Below, piece after piece: positions 47,664-55,824 of a stretch of DNA of 64,000 bases (positions within the stretch are counted from its first letter, which is position 1; each line of letters opens with the position of its first letter). Source of the DNA: an uncultured Chloroflexia bacterium. GTDB taxonomy: Bacteria > Chloroflexota > Limnocylindria > Limnocylindrales > CSP1-4. Location: assembly GCA_963749735.1 (NCBI GenBank), contig CAVVNZ010000012.1, positions 12,555 through 76,554 of the forward strand, read 5' to 3'. The translations under genes and the position numbers were made by a program. The notes beneath the pieces were generated by a model. That model made no database searches. It had not been told where the DNA came from and saw only the letters and a program-made list of their open reading frames with translations.

Positions 47664-50113
47664 CGGAGGGTCTCCTCGACGAACCCCTCGCCGAGGATCG
47701 TCTCCGGATCGAGGCGACGACCGTGCTCGATGGCGGTCGTCAATGCGTCGCCGTCGAGGCCCCGGTCCAGCTCGGTGAGCGTGCGGGAACGGACGCGTGC
47801 CTCGACGACGTCCCATTGACCGCCGGTCTGCTCAAGGAGACGTTCCGCTCCGCCGATCAGTCGCGCGCCACCCGCGAACTGGCCGGCGGACGACGCGACG
47901 GCGGCGAGCCCGATCAGGTCCGTCGCCGCGACCTCGATGAACCCGAGTCTGCGGGCCAGGCGTAGGCTGGCGAGGAACTCGCGGTGGGCGTCGTCTGGAT
48001 CGCCCTGTTCGAGTCGGGCGAGCCCGAGGTTCTCCCGGAAGAACGACTCGCTGCGATGGTCCCCACGCGAAGTAGCCAGCTCGATCGCCTTGTCGAACCA
48101 ATCTCGCGCCGACCGCAGATCGTCCGCGACGAGGGCCATGTAGCCGAGGTTGTTCAGGGCCATCGACAGGGCCCAGTCGTCACCCGCGACGCGGGCGTGC
48201 TCGGCGCTCGCCTGGGTCAGACGGAGGAATCCCGGTTCGTCACCGACACCCGTGGCGACAAGACCGAGGACGCGCAGCGAACGAGCGATCCCGCTCTCGT
48301 CCCCCAGGCCGCGGCGGAGCTCGAGACTCTCCTCGGCGAGGACACGAGCTCGGTCGTTGTCGAGCTGCCTCGTCGCCAGGTGTGCCGCCCCCTCGAGCGC
48401 TTTGGCCCGGTGAGCGGGATCCTGGGCCCCAGGCCATGCCAGGGCTCGCTCGAGGTGACGACGGCCCTCGGTCCAGTGGCCGTGGACCCACCAGAACGTC
48501 GCCATCGCGCCGCTCAGCTCGAGCTGGACGTCGCCGTCGGCTCGCGTCAGGGCCGACCGGATGTTGTCGTGCTCCTCGGTCAGCACGTCGAGCCAGTGGT
48601 CCTGCTCGCCTCGCTCGAGCTCGGGCTCGGCCCGCTCGACCAGGCCGAGGAACCAACGGGCATGTCGACTTCGGACATCCTCGGCCTCCATCGAGGCGCC
48701 GAGCCGTTCTTCCGCTTGCTCCCTGATGGTCTCGAGCATCCGATAGCGATCGGCAGAGAAGCGGACGAGGCTCTTCTCGACAAGCGACTGGAGGATCTCG
48801 ATGTCCGCCGAAGCCACCGCCTCGACGGCCTCCAACCGGCATCCTCCGGTGAACACTGCAAGGCGACGGAACAGGACTTGCTCGTCGACCGCCAGAAGGT
48901 CATGTGACCATTGGATCGTGGCCCGGATCGTCTGCTGACGCGGATCCCGATCGGGACCGCCGCGCAGGAAGTCCAGGTTCGGAGCGAGTCGCTCGAGGAT
49001 CCGTGCCGGGCTCAGGGCGGTCGCGCGCGCCGCGGCGAGTTCGACCGCCAAGGGCAGGTCGTCGAGTCGGCGACACAGCTCGGCGATGCCCGCCGTCGGG
49101 GACAGACCTGATCGAGCGCAGAACAGATCGACGGCATCCGTGGACGACAGCGGCGGGACCGGGTATTCCGTCTCGCCCTGGATCCGCAGCGATTCACGGC
49201 TGGTCAGGAGCAGGGTGAGCCGGGGGCACGCCGTCACGAGTCTGGACAGCTCCGAAGCCGCGCCGATGACCTGCTCGACGTTGTCGAGGACGAGCAGGAC
49301 GTCACGCCCGCCGATGTGGTCGGCGAGTGACTCCCGGGCTCCGACTGATCGGGCGATCGTGTCCATCACGATCGACCCATCGCGAAGGGGCGACAGATCG
49401 ACCCAATAGACGCCGGCCGAGCGCACGGGCACCAGCTGGTGGGCTGCCTCGATCGCGAGCCGCGTCTTGCCGCAGCCGCCCGGTCCCGTCAGCGTGACCA
49501 CGCGCCCGGGTCCGCGCAGGAGGGTCACCGTCTCAGCCAGCTCGTGCCCGCGACCGACGAAGCTGCTCGCGGGCCAAGGCAGGTTCGTGGTCGAGATCGT
49601 CCGTAGCGGAGGAAAGGCCGCGTCCCCGAGCTGGAAGACCGCCACGGGACCCTCGATGTCCTTGAGACGATGCTCCCCGAGAGAAACCAGCTCCAGCGGG
49701 CCGTCGACGTGGGCCCGCGTCGTGTCGGATAGCACCACCTGGCCGCCGTGGGCCGCCGCTGCGAGCCGTGCCGCCAGGTGAAGGGACTCGCCCACGTAGC
49801 CCTCATCCGCGAGGAGCGGAGTGCCGGTGTGGAGACCGATCCGCACCAGGATCGGCCCGCCGGCCAGCCGCTCGGTGGCCTGGCGCGCAGCGAGGATCGC
49901 GTCCATGGCATCGGAGAACGCCACCAGGAACGCGTCCCCCTGCGTGTCGACTTCGACGCCGCCGTGGGTGGTCGACGCGTCGCGGATGATGCGGCGGTGC
50001 TCGATCAGCGCCTGGGCGTAGCCCTCTGCCCCCAGGTCACGGAGGAGCCTGGTCGAGCCCTCGACATCGGTGACGAGGAAGGTGACGGTGCCGATCGGTA
50101 GGTCGGTGCGCAC
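47651..50113 (-). CDS. Class III adenylate/guanylate cyclase / NB-ARC-like STAND ATPase / TPR protein
   Basis: 820 aa: TFLVTDVEGST and DTQGDAFLVAF (metal Asp residues), LTGPGGCGKTRLA (P-loop), LLVLDNVEQV, and a C-terminal TPR-like region. There is no HTH at the end. Confidence 0.8.
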   Translation of the reverse strand: MRTDLPIGTVTFLVTDVEGSTRLLRDLGAEGYAQALIEHRRIIRDASTTHGGVEVDTQGDAFLVAFSDAMDAILAARQATERLAGGPILVRIGLHTGTPLLADEGYVGESLHLAARLAAAAHGGQVVLSDTTRAHVDGPLELVSLGEHRLKDIEGPVAVFQLGDAAFPPLRTISTTNLPWPASSFVGRGHELAETVTLLRGPGRVVTLTGPGGCGKTRLAIEAAHQLVPVRSAGVYWVDLSPLRDGSIVMDTIARSVGARESLADHIGGRDVLLVLDNVEQVIGAASELSRLVTACPRLTLLLTSRESLRIQGETEYPVPPLSSTDAVDLFCARSGLSPTAGIAELCRRLDDLPLAVELAAARATALSPARILERLAPNLDFLRGGPDRDPRQQTIRATIQWSHDLLAVDEQVLFRRLAVFTGGCRLEAVEAVASADIEILQSLVEKSLVRFSADRYRMLETIREQAEERLGASMEAEDVRSRHARWFLGLVERAEPELERGEQDHWLDVLTEEHDNIRSALTRADGDVQLELSGAMATFWWVHGHWTEGRRHLERALAWPGAQDPAHRAKALEGAAHLATRQLDNDRARVLAEESLELRRGLGDESGIARSLRVLGLVATGVGDEPGFLRLTQASAEHARVAGDDWALSMALNNLGYMALVADDLRSARDWFDKAIELATSRGDHRSESFFRENLGLARLEQGDPDDAHREFLASLRLARRLGFIEVAATDLIGLAAVASSAGQFAGGARLIGGAERLLEQTGGQWDVVEARVRSRTLTELDRGLDGDALTTAIEHGRRLDPETILGEGFVEETLRQSL

Positions 50114-50117
50114 CGTC

Positions 50118-50125
50118 AGACTATG
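50118..50125 (-). promoter_or_regulatory. -10-like element (CATAGT/TAGTCT) 4-6 nt upstream of GTG 50113 (leaderless-type)
   Basis: The minus strand reads CATAGTCTGACG-GTG. Confidence 0.35.
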
Positions 50126-50220
50126 GCGGCTCCCTGGTCGGTCGTGTCGGGCGCCGATCCTGTCGCCGAGGCGCCGAGCCTTTCGCGGAGAGCGCTCGGG
50201 TGAAGCGATGGACCTCGCGG

Positions 50221-50226
50221 TATCGT
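50221..50226 (+). promoter_or_regulatory. -10 element TATCGT 6 nt upstream of ATG 50233 (leaderless-type)
   Basis: TATCGT-TCGTGC-ATG. Confidence 0.4.
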
Positions 50227-50232
50227 TCGTGC

Positions 50233-50763
50233 ATGCCCGGATCCTTTCCGACGTTTCCCGATCTGGTGGAGATCGTGGTCGAGATCCCGCGCGGGAGCCG
50301 GAACAAGTACGAGTACGACGAGCGCGCCGGCGTCTTCCGGCTCGATCGCGTGCTGAGCTCGGCGGTCTTCTACAACTTCGACTACGGGTTCATCGAGCGG
50401 ACCCGGGCCGACGACGGGGATCACACCGACGCGCTGCTGGTGATCGACGAGCCGACCTTCACCGGGGTCCACGTCTTCGCTCGACCGGTCGGCGTCCTCG
50501 AGATGCGCGACGAGAAGGGCGCCGACTACAAGATCCTGTGCGTCGCGATGGGCGATCCGAACCAGGCCCACATCGACCGGCTGGACCAGATGCGACCTCA
50601 CCGGCTGGTCGAGATCGAGCACTTCTTCGAGACCTACAAGCTGCTCGAGGACAAGACGGTCGAGGTGCTCGGCTGGCGCGACCGCGACCGGGCGCTGGAG
50701 ATCCTCCGAGCCGATCGCGCCGCCTGGGATCGCGAGACCGCCCCGTCGGCCAGCGCCGACTGA
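50233..50763 (+). CDS. ppa: Inorganic pyrophosphatase (family I)
   Basis: VVEIPRGSRNKYEYD...FYNFDYGFI...DGDHTDALLV. 176 aa from ATG 50233; the track ORF starts at GTG 50200. Confidence 0.9.
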   Translation: MPGSFPTFPDLVEIVVEIPRGSRNKYEYDERAGVFRLDRVLSSAVFYNFDYGFIERTRADDGDHTDALLVIDEPTFTGVHVFARPVGVLEMRDEKGADYKILCVAMGDPNQAHIDRLDQMRPHRLVEIEHFFETYKLLEDKTVEVLGWRDRDRALEILRADRAAWDRETAPSASAD

Positions 50764-51379
50764 ATGGCTCGTCAGGGCGACCCCTACGCCGGGATCCCGG
50801 GCCGGCGGATCTTCGTCGCGGCGCCGCGTCGCCGCCGACGTCCGCGAGGCGATCGAAGCGCTGGTCGGCACGATCCGCTCGGAGGCTGACCCGGGTCAGC
50901 GTGAGGTCCGCTGGATCCGACTCGAGGGCCTCCACGTCACGCTCCGGTTCATCGGACCGACCCTCGACCCGCGGATCCCGCCGGCGCTGGACGCGCTGCA
51001 CGCGGCCGCCCGCGAGGCGTCGCCGTTCGACGTCGCCATCGCTGGCGCCGGCGCATTCCCGAACCACGATCGCCCACGGGCGCTATGGCTCGGGCTGGGT
51101 GTCGGCGTCGGGCCCCTGACCGACCTGACCGCGTCGATCGACCGGGAGCTCGCCGAGCGAGGCTGGCCCCCGGATGCGCGACCGTTCCGGCCGCACCTCA
51201 CGCTCGCCCGGTCCGACGGGATCGCGTCCGGCGCCCGGACCGTCGCACGGCTGGTCGAGGCCGCGCGCACGCTCGAAGCACGCTGGACGGTCGACCGGAT
51301 CGTCCTGTTCGAAAGCGTCACCGGTGGCGGGCCCGCTCGCTACGTCCCCCTCGGCGAGGCGCCGCTCGGCGGCGGTTGA
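50764..51379 (+). pseudogene. thpR: 2',5' RNA ligase / 2H phosphoesterase (ThpR/LigT-like) with one extra nucleotide near 50824-50828
   Basis: The ATG at 50764 abuts the ppa stop and reads MARQGDPYAGIPGRRIFVAAP. The rest lies in the +1 frame: VAADVREAIEALV...LHVTLRFIG...PHLTLARS, which are the two HxTx motifs. That frame has no ATG/GTG/TTG from before 50764 to its stop at 51377-51379. The span is 3n+1 nt. Confidence 0.65.
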
Positions 51380-51478
51380 CTCGCGCGGCCGGACTGCACT
51401 CTGCTAGCATCGACCACCCCGAACCCCACCGTTCCGGGGCATCCGACCCTCGCCCCTTTCCGTGCCCGGAAGGAGCCC

Positions 51479-51592
51479 GTGATCGACGACCGCGCGCGTC
51501 AGTCCATCCGCGTCATCCTCGGCCTCGCCGTGGTCAACATGGTGCTGGTCGTCGCGGCGCTCCTGATCGGCAGCGCACCGCTCGTACGTTGA
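51479..51592 (+). CDS. Candidate 37-codon hydrophobic micro-ORF upstream of trpB2
   Basis: GGAAGGAG precedes GTG 51479. [37 protein letters not shown] contains one predicted TM helix. Confidence 0.3.
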   Translation: MIDDRARQSIRVILGLAVVNMVLVVAALLIGSAPLVR

Positions 51593-51728
51593 TGGGCGGG
51601 TTGCGGAGTCGTTCCGCCGCGGCGTAGGCTTGGCGACCCGTCGCTCCGAGCACGGGCACAGCGCAGCGATCGACCTCATCAATGGCCGTCCGTCGGGCGG
51701 TGCATCGGACACAGTCGGAGGCAGGGAC

Positions 51729-53099
51729 GTGGCGGATTCGAGCTCGCGGCGGACGAAGTTCATCCTCGACGAGGAGCGGATCCCGAAGAGCTGGTACAAC
51801 ATCGCGGCCGACCTGCCCGTGGCCCCCGCCCCGGTGCTCCACCCCGGGACCGGGCAACCGATCGGGCCCGGCGACCTGGCCCCGCTCTTCCCGATGGCGC
51901 TCATCGCCCAGGTCGTCAGCCAGGATCGCGAGATCGAGATCCCGGAGCCGATCCGGGAGGCCTACCGGCTGTACCGGCCGAGTCCGCTGTACCGGGCGCA
52001 CCGCCTCGAAAAGGCGCTCGATACGCCGGCGCACATCTACTACAAGTACGAGGGCGGCAGTCCGTCGGGCAGCCACAAGCCCAACACCGCGATCCCGCAG
52101 GCCTGGTACAACAAGCAAGAAGGCACCACACGGATCGCCACGGAGACCGGTGCGGGGCAGTGGGGGACCGCCCTGGCCTTCGCCGGCGCGCTGTTCGATC
52201 TCGAGATCAAGGTCTACATGGTCCGGGCGAGCTACGACCAGAAGCCGTATCGCCGGATGCTCATGGAGACGTACGGCGCCGAGGTCGTCGCCAGCCCATC
52301 ACTGGCGACGGAATACGGCCGCAAGGTGCTCGGCGAGACGCCGGACAACACGGGCTCGCTCGGGATCGCGATCAGCGAGGCGATCGAGGACACGGTCACC
52401 CACCCCGGCACGAAGTACTCGCTCGGGTCGGTCTTCGACTTCGTCCTCCTCCACCAGACCGTCATCGGCCAGGAGTCGATCCTCCAGATGGAGATGGCCG
52501 GGGAGGAACCCGACGTCATCATCGGCTGCGCGGGTGGCGGCTCGAACTTCGCCGGGCTGACGTTCCCGTGGCTCGGCCAGACGTTCCGTGGCGGGCGCAA
52601 GTACCAGGTCATCGCGGTCGAGCCCGAAGCGGCCCCGAGCCTGACTCGCGGGGTCTACACCTACGACTTCGGCGACACGGCCCAGATGACCCCGCTGGTC
52701 AAGATGCACACGCTCGGCCACGACTTCATCCCCGAGCCGATCCACGCCGGCGGGCTGCGCTACCACGGGATGGCGCCCCTCGTCTCGCTGCTCAAGGCGA
52801 ACGACCTCATCGAGGCTCGGAGCGTCCACCAGCGAGCCAGCTTCGCGGCCGGCGTCCAGTTCGCCCGGACCGAGGGCATCCTGCCCGCGCCGGAGCCGAC
52901 GCACGCCATCCATACCGCCATCGACGAGGCCCTCAGGGCGAAGGCGGCCGGCGAGTCCAAGGTCATCTTGTTCAACCTGTGCGGCCACGGTCACTTCGAC
53001 CTGTCGGCCTACGAGCGATATCTGAGCGGCGACCTCGAGGACTACGAGTACCCGCTCGAGAAGGTCGAGGCCGCGCTGGCCGGGCTGCCGAAGGTCTGA
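51729..53099 (+). CDS. TrpB2-type (TrpB-like) PLP-dependent tryptophan synthase beta-chain paralog
   Basis: GTG at 51729, 7 nt after GGAGG; the track ORF starts at TTG 51630. [13 protein letters not shown]...[25 protein letters not shown]...[14 protein letters not shown]. 456 aa. Confidence 0.85.
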   Translation: MADSSSRRTKFILDEERIPKSWYNIAADLPVAPAPVLHPGTGQPIGPGDLAPLFPMALIAQVVSQDREIEIPEPIREAYRLYRPSPLYRAHRLEKALDTPAHIYYKYEGGSPSGSHKPNTAIPQAWYNKQEGTTRIATETGAGQWGTALAFAGALFDLEIKVYMVRASYDQKPYRRMLMETYGAEVVASPSLATEYGRKVLGETPDNTGSLGIAISEAIEDTVTHPGTKYSLGSVFDFVLLHQTVIGQESILQMEMAGEEPDVIIGCAGGGSNFAGLTFPWLGQTFRGGRKYQVIAVEPEAAPSLTRGVYTYDFGDTAQMTPLVKMHTLGHDFIPEPIHAGGLRYHGMAPLVSLLKANDLIEARSVHQRASFAAGVQFARTEGILPAPEPTHAIHTAIDEALRAKAAGESKVILFNLCGHGHFDLSAYERYLSGDLEDYEYPLEKVEAALAGLPKV

Positions 53100-53125
53100 T
53101 CCGCGCCCAGGCGATGCATCGGGGG

Positions 53126-53131
53126 TAGCAT
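53126..53131 (+). promoter_or_regulatory. -10 element TAGCAT 6 nt upstream of ATG 53138 (leaderless-type)
   Basis: TAGCAT-CCAACC-ATG. Confidence 0.4.
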
Positions 53132-53137
53132 CCAACC

Positions 53138-53419
53138 ATGCCCAGACTGGCCTGCTGGTCGTGCGGCCGTCAGATCTACACGGTCTCACCGATCGAGTCG
53201 CTGTTCGCGGAGGAGCGTCGTTGCCCACGCTGCGGCGCGTATCTGAACGCGGAACGGCGCGAATCGGAGCGTCGCGAGCAGCTCCGCCGCCAGAACCTGT
53301 CCGATGAGCCCGGTCCGCCCGATCCGACCGCTGAGCGTCGGGCCACCGACCGGCGCGCGCACCAGCGGCGTTCGGGCGGGTCGTCGGGCGGGCGCAGGGA
53401 TGACGCCAGCTGGACCTGA
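53138..53419 (+). CDS. Hypothetical zinc-ribbon protein with an Arg/Glu-rich tail
   Basis: 93 aa: CWSCG...x17...CPRCG, then ERRESERREQLRRQN...ERRATDRRAHQRRSGG. Confidence 0.55.
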   Translation: MPRLACWSCGRQIYTVSPIESLFAEERRCPRCGAYLNAERRESERREQLRRQNLSDEPGPPDPTAERRATDRRAHQRRSGGSSGGRRDDASWT

Positions 53420-53427
53420 CCGGCCGC

Positions 53428-54174
53428 CTACGGGTAGAGGCGGTCCTCGGGCGTCGGCGGGTCGACCAGCCCCAGCTTGAGGGCCGTCACGACGGCCTCC
53501 AGCTTCGAGTGGACGTGGAGCTTCGCGGTGATGTTCTGGACGTGCGTCCGGAGCGTGTTCGGGGCGATCGCCAGCTCGGTGCAGATCTCCTTGGTCGTGC
53601 GGCCCGCGCTGAGCAGGCGCAGGATCTCGAGCTCGCGGGTCGTCAGGGGCTCGACCGGGACGGCATCCGCGCCCTGCTCGCGAGCCACCTTGACCCGCAT
53701 CGCGATCTTGGCGATGACCGACGGCGGCAGCAACGTCTCACCGGCATGGGCCGCCCGGACCGCGGTCAGGATCTCGTCGATCGAGGCGGTCTTGGCCAGG
53801 AACCCGTCCGCGCCGGCCTGGATCGACTCGAGGACGGTCTCGTCGTCGTCGTACGCGGTCAGCATGATGACCGGGGCGCGGGGCCAGCGAGCCTTCGATG
53901 CCCGGGCGAGCTCGGCGCCGGTCCCGTCGGGCAGCAGATAGTCCATCAGGACCACGTCGACCGGGTGGCGCAGGCGGACCCGGGCCTCCGCGGCCGAGTA
54001 GGCGCTGCCGACCATGGTGATCCCCGGCTCGCTCGCCAGCAGGCGGCTCAGGGCGTCGGCCAGCGCGCGGTGGTCGTCGACGAGCAGGACCCGGATGGCG
54101 GATCGCTCGATACCCGGGACCGGTCGGCTCTCGGCCGCCCGTTGGTCCGTCCCGGGTGTGACACGGCCAGGCAC
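53428..54174 (-). CDS. NarL/FixJ-family response regulator (REC plus LuxR HTH), with no adjacent kinase
   Basis: IRVLLVDDH, DVVLMDYLLPDG, VIMLTAY, DGFLAKT; LTTRELEILRLLSAGRTTKEICTELAIAPNTLRTHVQNI. Confidence 0.85.
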   Translation of the reverse strand: MPGRVTPGTDQRAAESRPVPGIERSAIRVLLVDDHRALADALSRLLASEPGITMVGSAYSAAEARVRLRHPVDVVLMDYLLPDGTGAELARASKARWPRAPVIMLTAYDDDETVLESIQAGADGFLAKTASIDEILTAVRAAHAGETLLPPSVIAKIAMRVKVAREQGADAVPVEPLTTRELEILRLLSAGRTTKEICTELAIAPNTLRTHVQNITAKLHVHSKLEAVVTALKLGLVDPPTPEDRLYP

Positions 54175-54180
54175 CTCCTG

Positions 54181-54186
54181 AGTCTA
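54181..54186 (-). promoter_or_regulatory. -10 element TAGACT 6 nt upstream of GTG 54174 (leaderless-type)
   Basis: The minus strand reads TAGACT-CAGGAG-GTG. Confidence 0.4.
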
Positions 54187-54220
54187 CCGCGCGGAAGTCA
54201 AGTCGTACTGGACTTTCTGC

Positions 54221-55126
54221 ATGGGACGGCGATGGCGATCCGGACCTGCGATGATCGGCGGCGTGCGCATCGCCATCCTCGGCTTCGGGCTCATCGGCGG
54301 GTCCATCGCCCGTGCGCTGCGCCTTCCCGGGGCGACGACGACCTTCGGCGAGCACGTCGAGCTGGTCGCCTGGAGCCGGCGCCCCGAGGGGCCGTCCAGG
54401 GCACGTCAGGCTGGGGTCGTCGATGACGCCCCGACCGACCTGCGCGCGGCCGTCGACCGTGCCGACCTGATCGTCCTGGCGGCCCCGCCCCTGGCGAGCA
54501 TCGCCCTCGTGAACGGGCTCGCCGGGGACCTCCGCGATGTCCTCGGGGGCGAGGCCACGGTGACCGATGTCTCGAGCACGAAACGGGCGATCGGCGAGGC
54601 GGCCGACGCGGCCGGCCTGCGCTTCGTCGGCGGGCATCCGATGGCGGGCCGCGAGGCGTCCGGTTTCGATGCCGCGACCCCGGACCTATTCGTCGATCGA
54701 CCGTGGGTCATCTGCGCGGGCGGCCACGCCACGGCCGGCGACACCGAGCGGGTGGTCGCCCTCGCCCGGGCGTGCGGGGCCGACCCGATCGCGATGGACC
54801 CCGAGACGCACGATCGCCTGGCCGCCGCGGTGAGCCACGTGCCGCTCGTCGTGTCGGCCGCGCTCGTCGAGGCGATGACGGCCGATCCCGCCTGGGCGGA
54901 GGCTCGCGGGCTGGCCGCGGGCGGCTGGCAGAGCATGACCCGGCTGGCGGCCGGCGACCCGACGATGGGTGCCGGCATCGCCGCCACGAACGCCCGGGTG
55001 ATCGCGTCCGGCCTGCGCGAGGTCCGCGCCGCGCTCGACGGCTGGATCGCCGCGCTCGAGACCGGGGCCGAACCGGACGCCTTCGAGGCGAGGCTCCGGT
55101 CCGCTCGCGACCGCCTTCGGTCCTGA
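54221..55126 (+). CDS. tyrA: Prephenate dehydrogenase
   Basis: VRIAILGFGLIGGSIARAL NAD motif; FVGGHPMAGRE. The start is uncertain (ATG 54221, ATG 54251 or GTG 54263). Confidence 0.8.
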   Translation: MGRRWRSGPAMIGGVRIAILGFGLIGGSIARALRLPGATTTFGEHVELVAWSRRPEGPSRARQAGVVDDAPTDLRAAVDRADLIVLAAPPLASIALVNGLAGDLRDVLGGEATVTDVSSTKRAIGEAADAAGLRFVGGHPMAGREASGFDAATPDLFVDRPWVICAGGHATAGDTERVVALARACGADPIAMDPETHDRLAAAVSHVPLVVSAALVEAMTADPAWAEARGLAAGGWQSMTRLAAGDPTMGAGIAATNARVIASGLREVRAALDGWIAALETGAEPDAFEARLRSARDRLRS

Positions 55127-55725
55127 TGCCCGGTCCGGCGGTGGAGGAGCGGGTCTACGTGGTCGCGCGTGAGGCGGTCATCGACGATCGTGGCTGGCTC
55201 GGGATCCGCACGGATGGCGCCGCCGAGCTGCTGGACGCGATCGCCCGCGCCGGACGGTTCGAGCCTCGAGCCGCGATGGAGGTCGACCCCAGGTTCAAGC
55301 AGATCATCCCGTACCTCGTCCTGCGCGACGGGCCGCGCTGGTTCCTGATGCGCCGGACCCGGGCCGGCACCGATGCCCGGCTCCACGACCTGTGGACGAT
55401 CGGGATCGGAGGCCACCTCAATCCCGGGGACGTCGATCTCGCCGGCGGGCTCGATCGCGAGTGGCAGGAGGAGGTCGTTGCCGCGTTCCTCCCCGAGCGA
55501 CGGTTCATCGGGCTCCTCAACGACGACACGACCGAGGTGGGCAAGGTCCACCTCGGCGCCGTCTTCGTCGCCGATGCCGCCGGCCGACCGGTGACCGTCC
55601 GCGAGACGCACAAGCTGACCGGCGAGTTCGTCGCGGCGGCGGACGTCCGGGCGGTCCGCGACGGCCTCGAGACGTGGAGCTGGCTCGCCTTCGACCTGCT
55701 CGATGGCGCGGACGAGACGGGCTGA
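55126..55725 (+). CDS. Nudix-like hydrolase (degenerate Nudix box), function unknown
   Basis: The ATG at 55126 overlaps the tyrA stop by 1 nt (TGATG). GIGGHLNPGDVDLAGGLDREWQEEV resembles GX5EX7REUXEEXGU. Confidence 0.5.
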   Translation: MPGPAVEERVYVVAREAVIDDRGWLGIRTDGAAELLDAIARAGRFEPRAAMEVDPRFKQIIPYLVLRDGPRWFLMRRTRAGTDARLHDLWTIGIGGHLNPGDVDLAGGLDREWQEEVVAAFLPERRFIGLLNDDTTEVGKVHLGAVFVADAAGRPVTVRETHKLTGEFVAAADVRAVRDGLETWSWLAFDLLDGADETG

Positions 55726-55768
55726 CCCCGTACCACGGTCCCATGTCCGGGCCCCGTTCGGCTGTGCC

Positions 55769-55774
55769 TATAAT
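55769..55774 (+). promoter_or_regulatory. Perfect -10 element TATAAT upstream of REC-CpaE paralog 2
   Basis: TATAAT lies about 50 nt upstream of ATG 55825. GGGGAG RBS at 55814-55819. Confidence 0.45.
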
Positions 55775-55824
55775 CGGCGCTGGGCGCAGGTGCGTCCCGG
55801 CACCGGACCCATCCAGGGGAGCGC

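Noticed and set aside
51376-51410. TTGACT ... TAGCAT as a promoter for the micro-ORF and trpB2.
   Set aside because: The spacer is 23 nt, well outside the 16-19 nt window for sigma-70-type promoters. TAGCAT alone may still act as a -10 element, but I cannot support the pair.
51479-51592. Micro-ORF as a tryptophan attenuation leader peptide for trpB2.
   Set aside because: The 37 codons contain no Trp codon, and I saw no obvious alternative terminator/antiterminator pair downstream.
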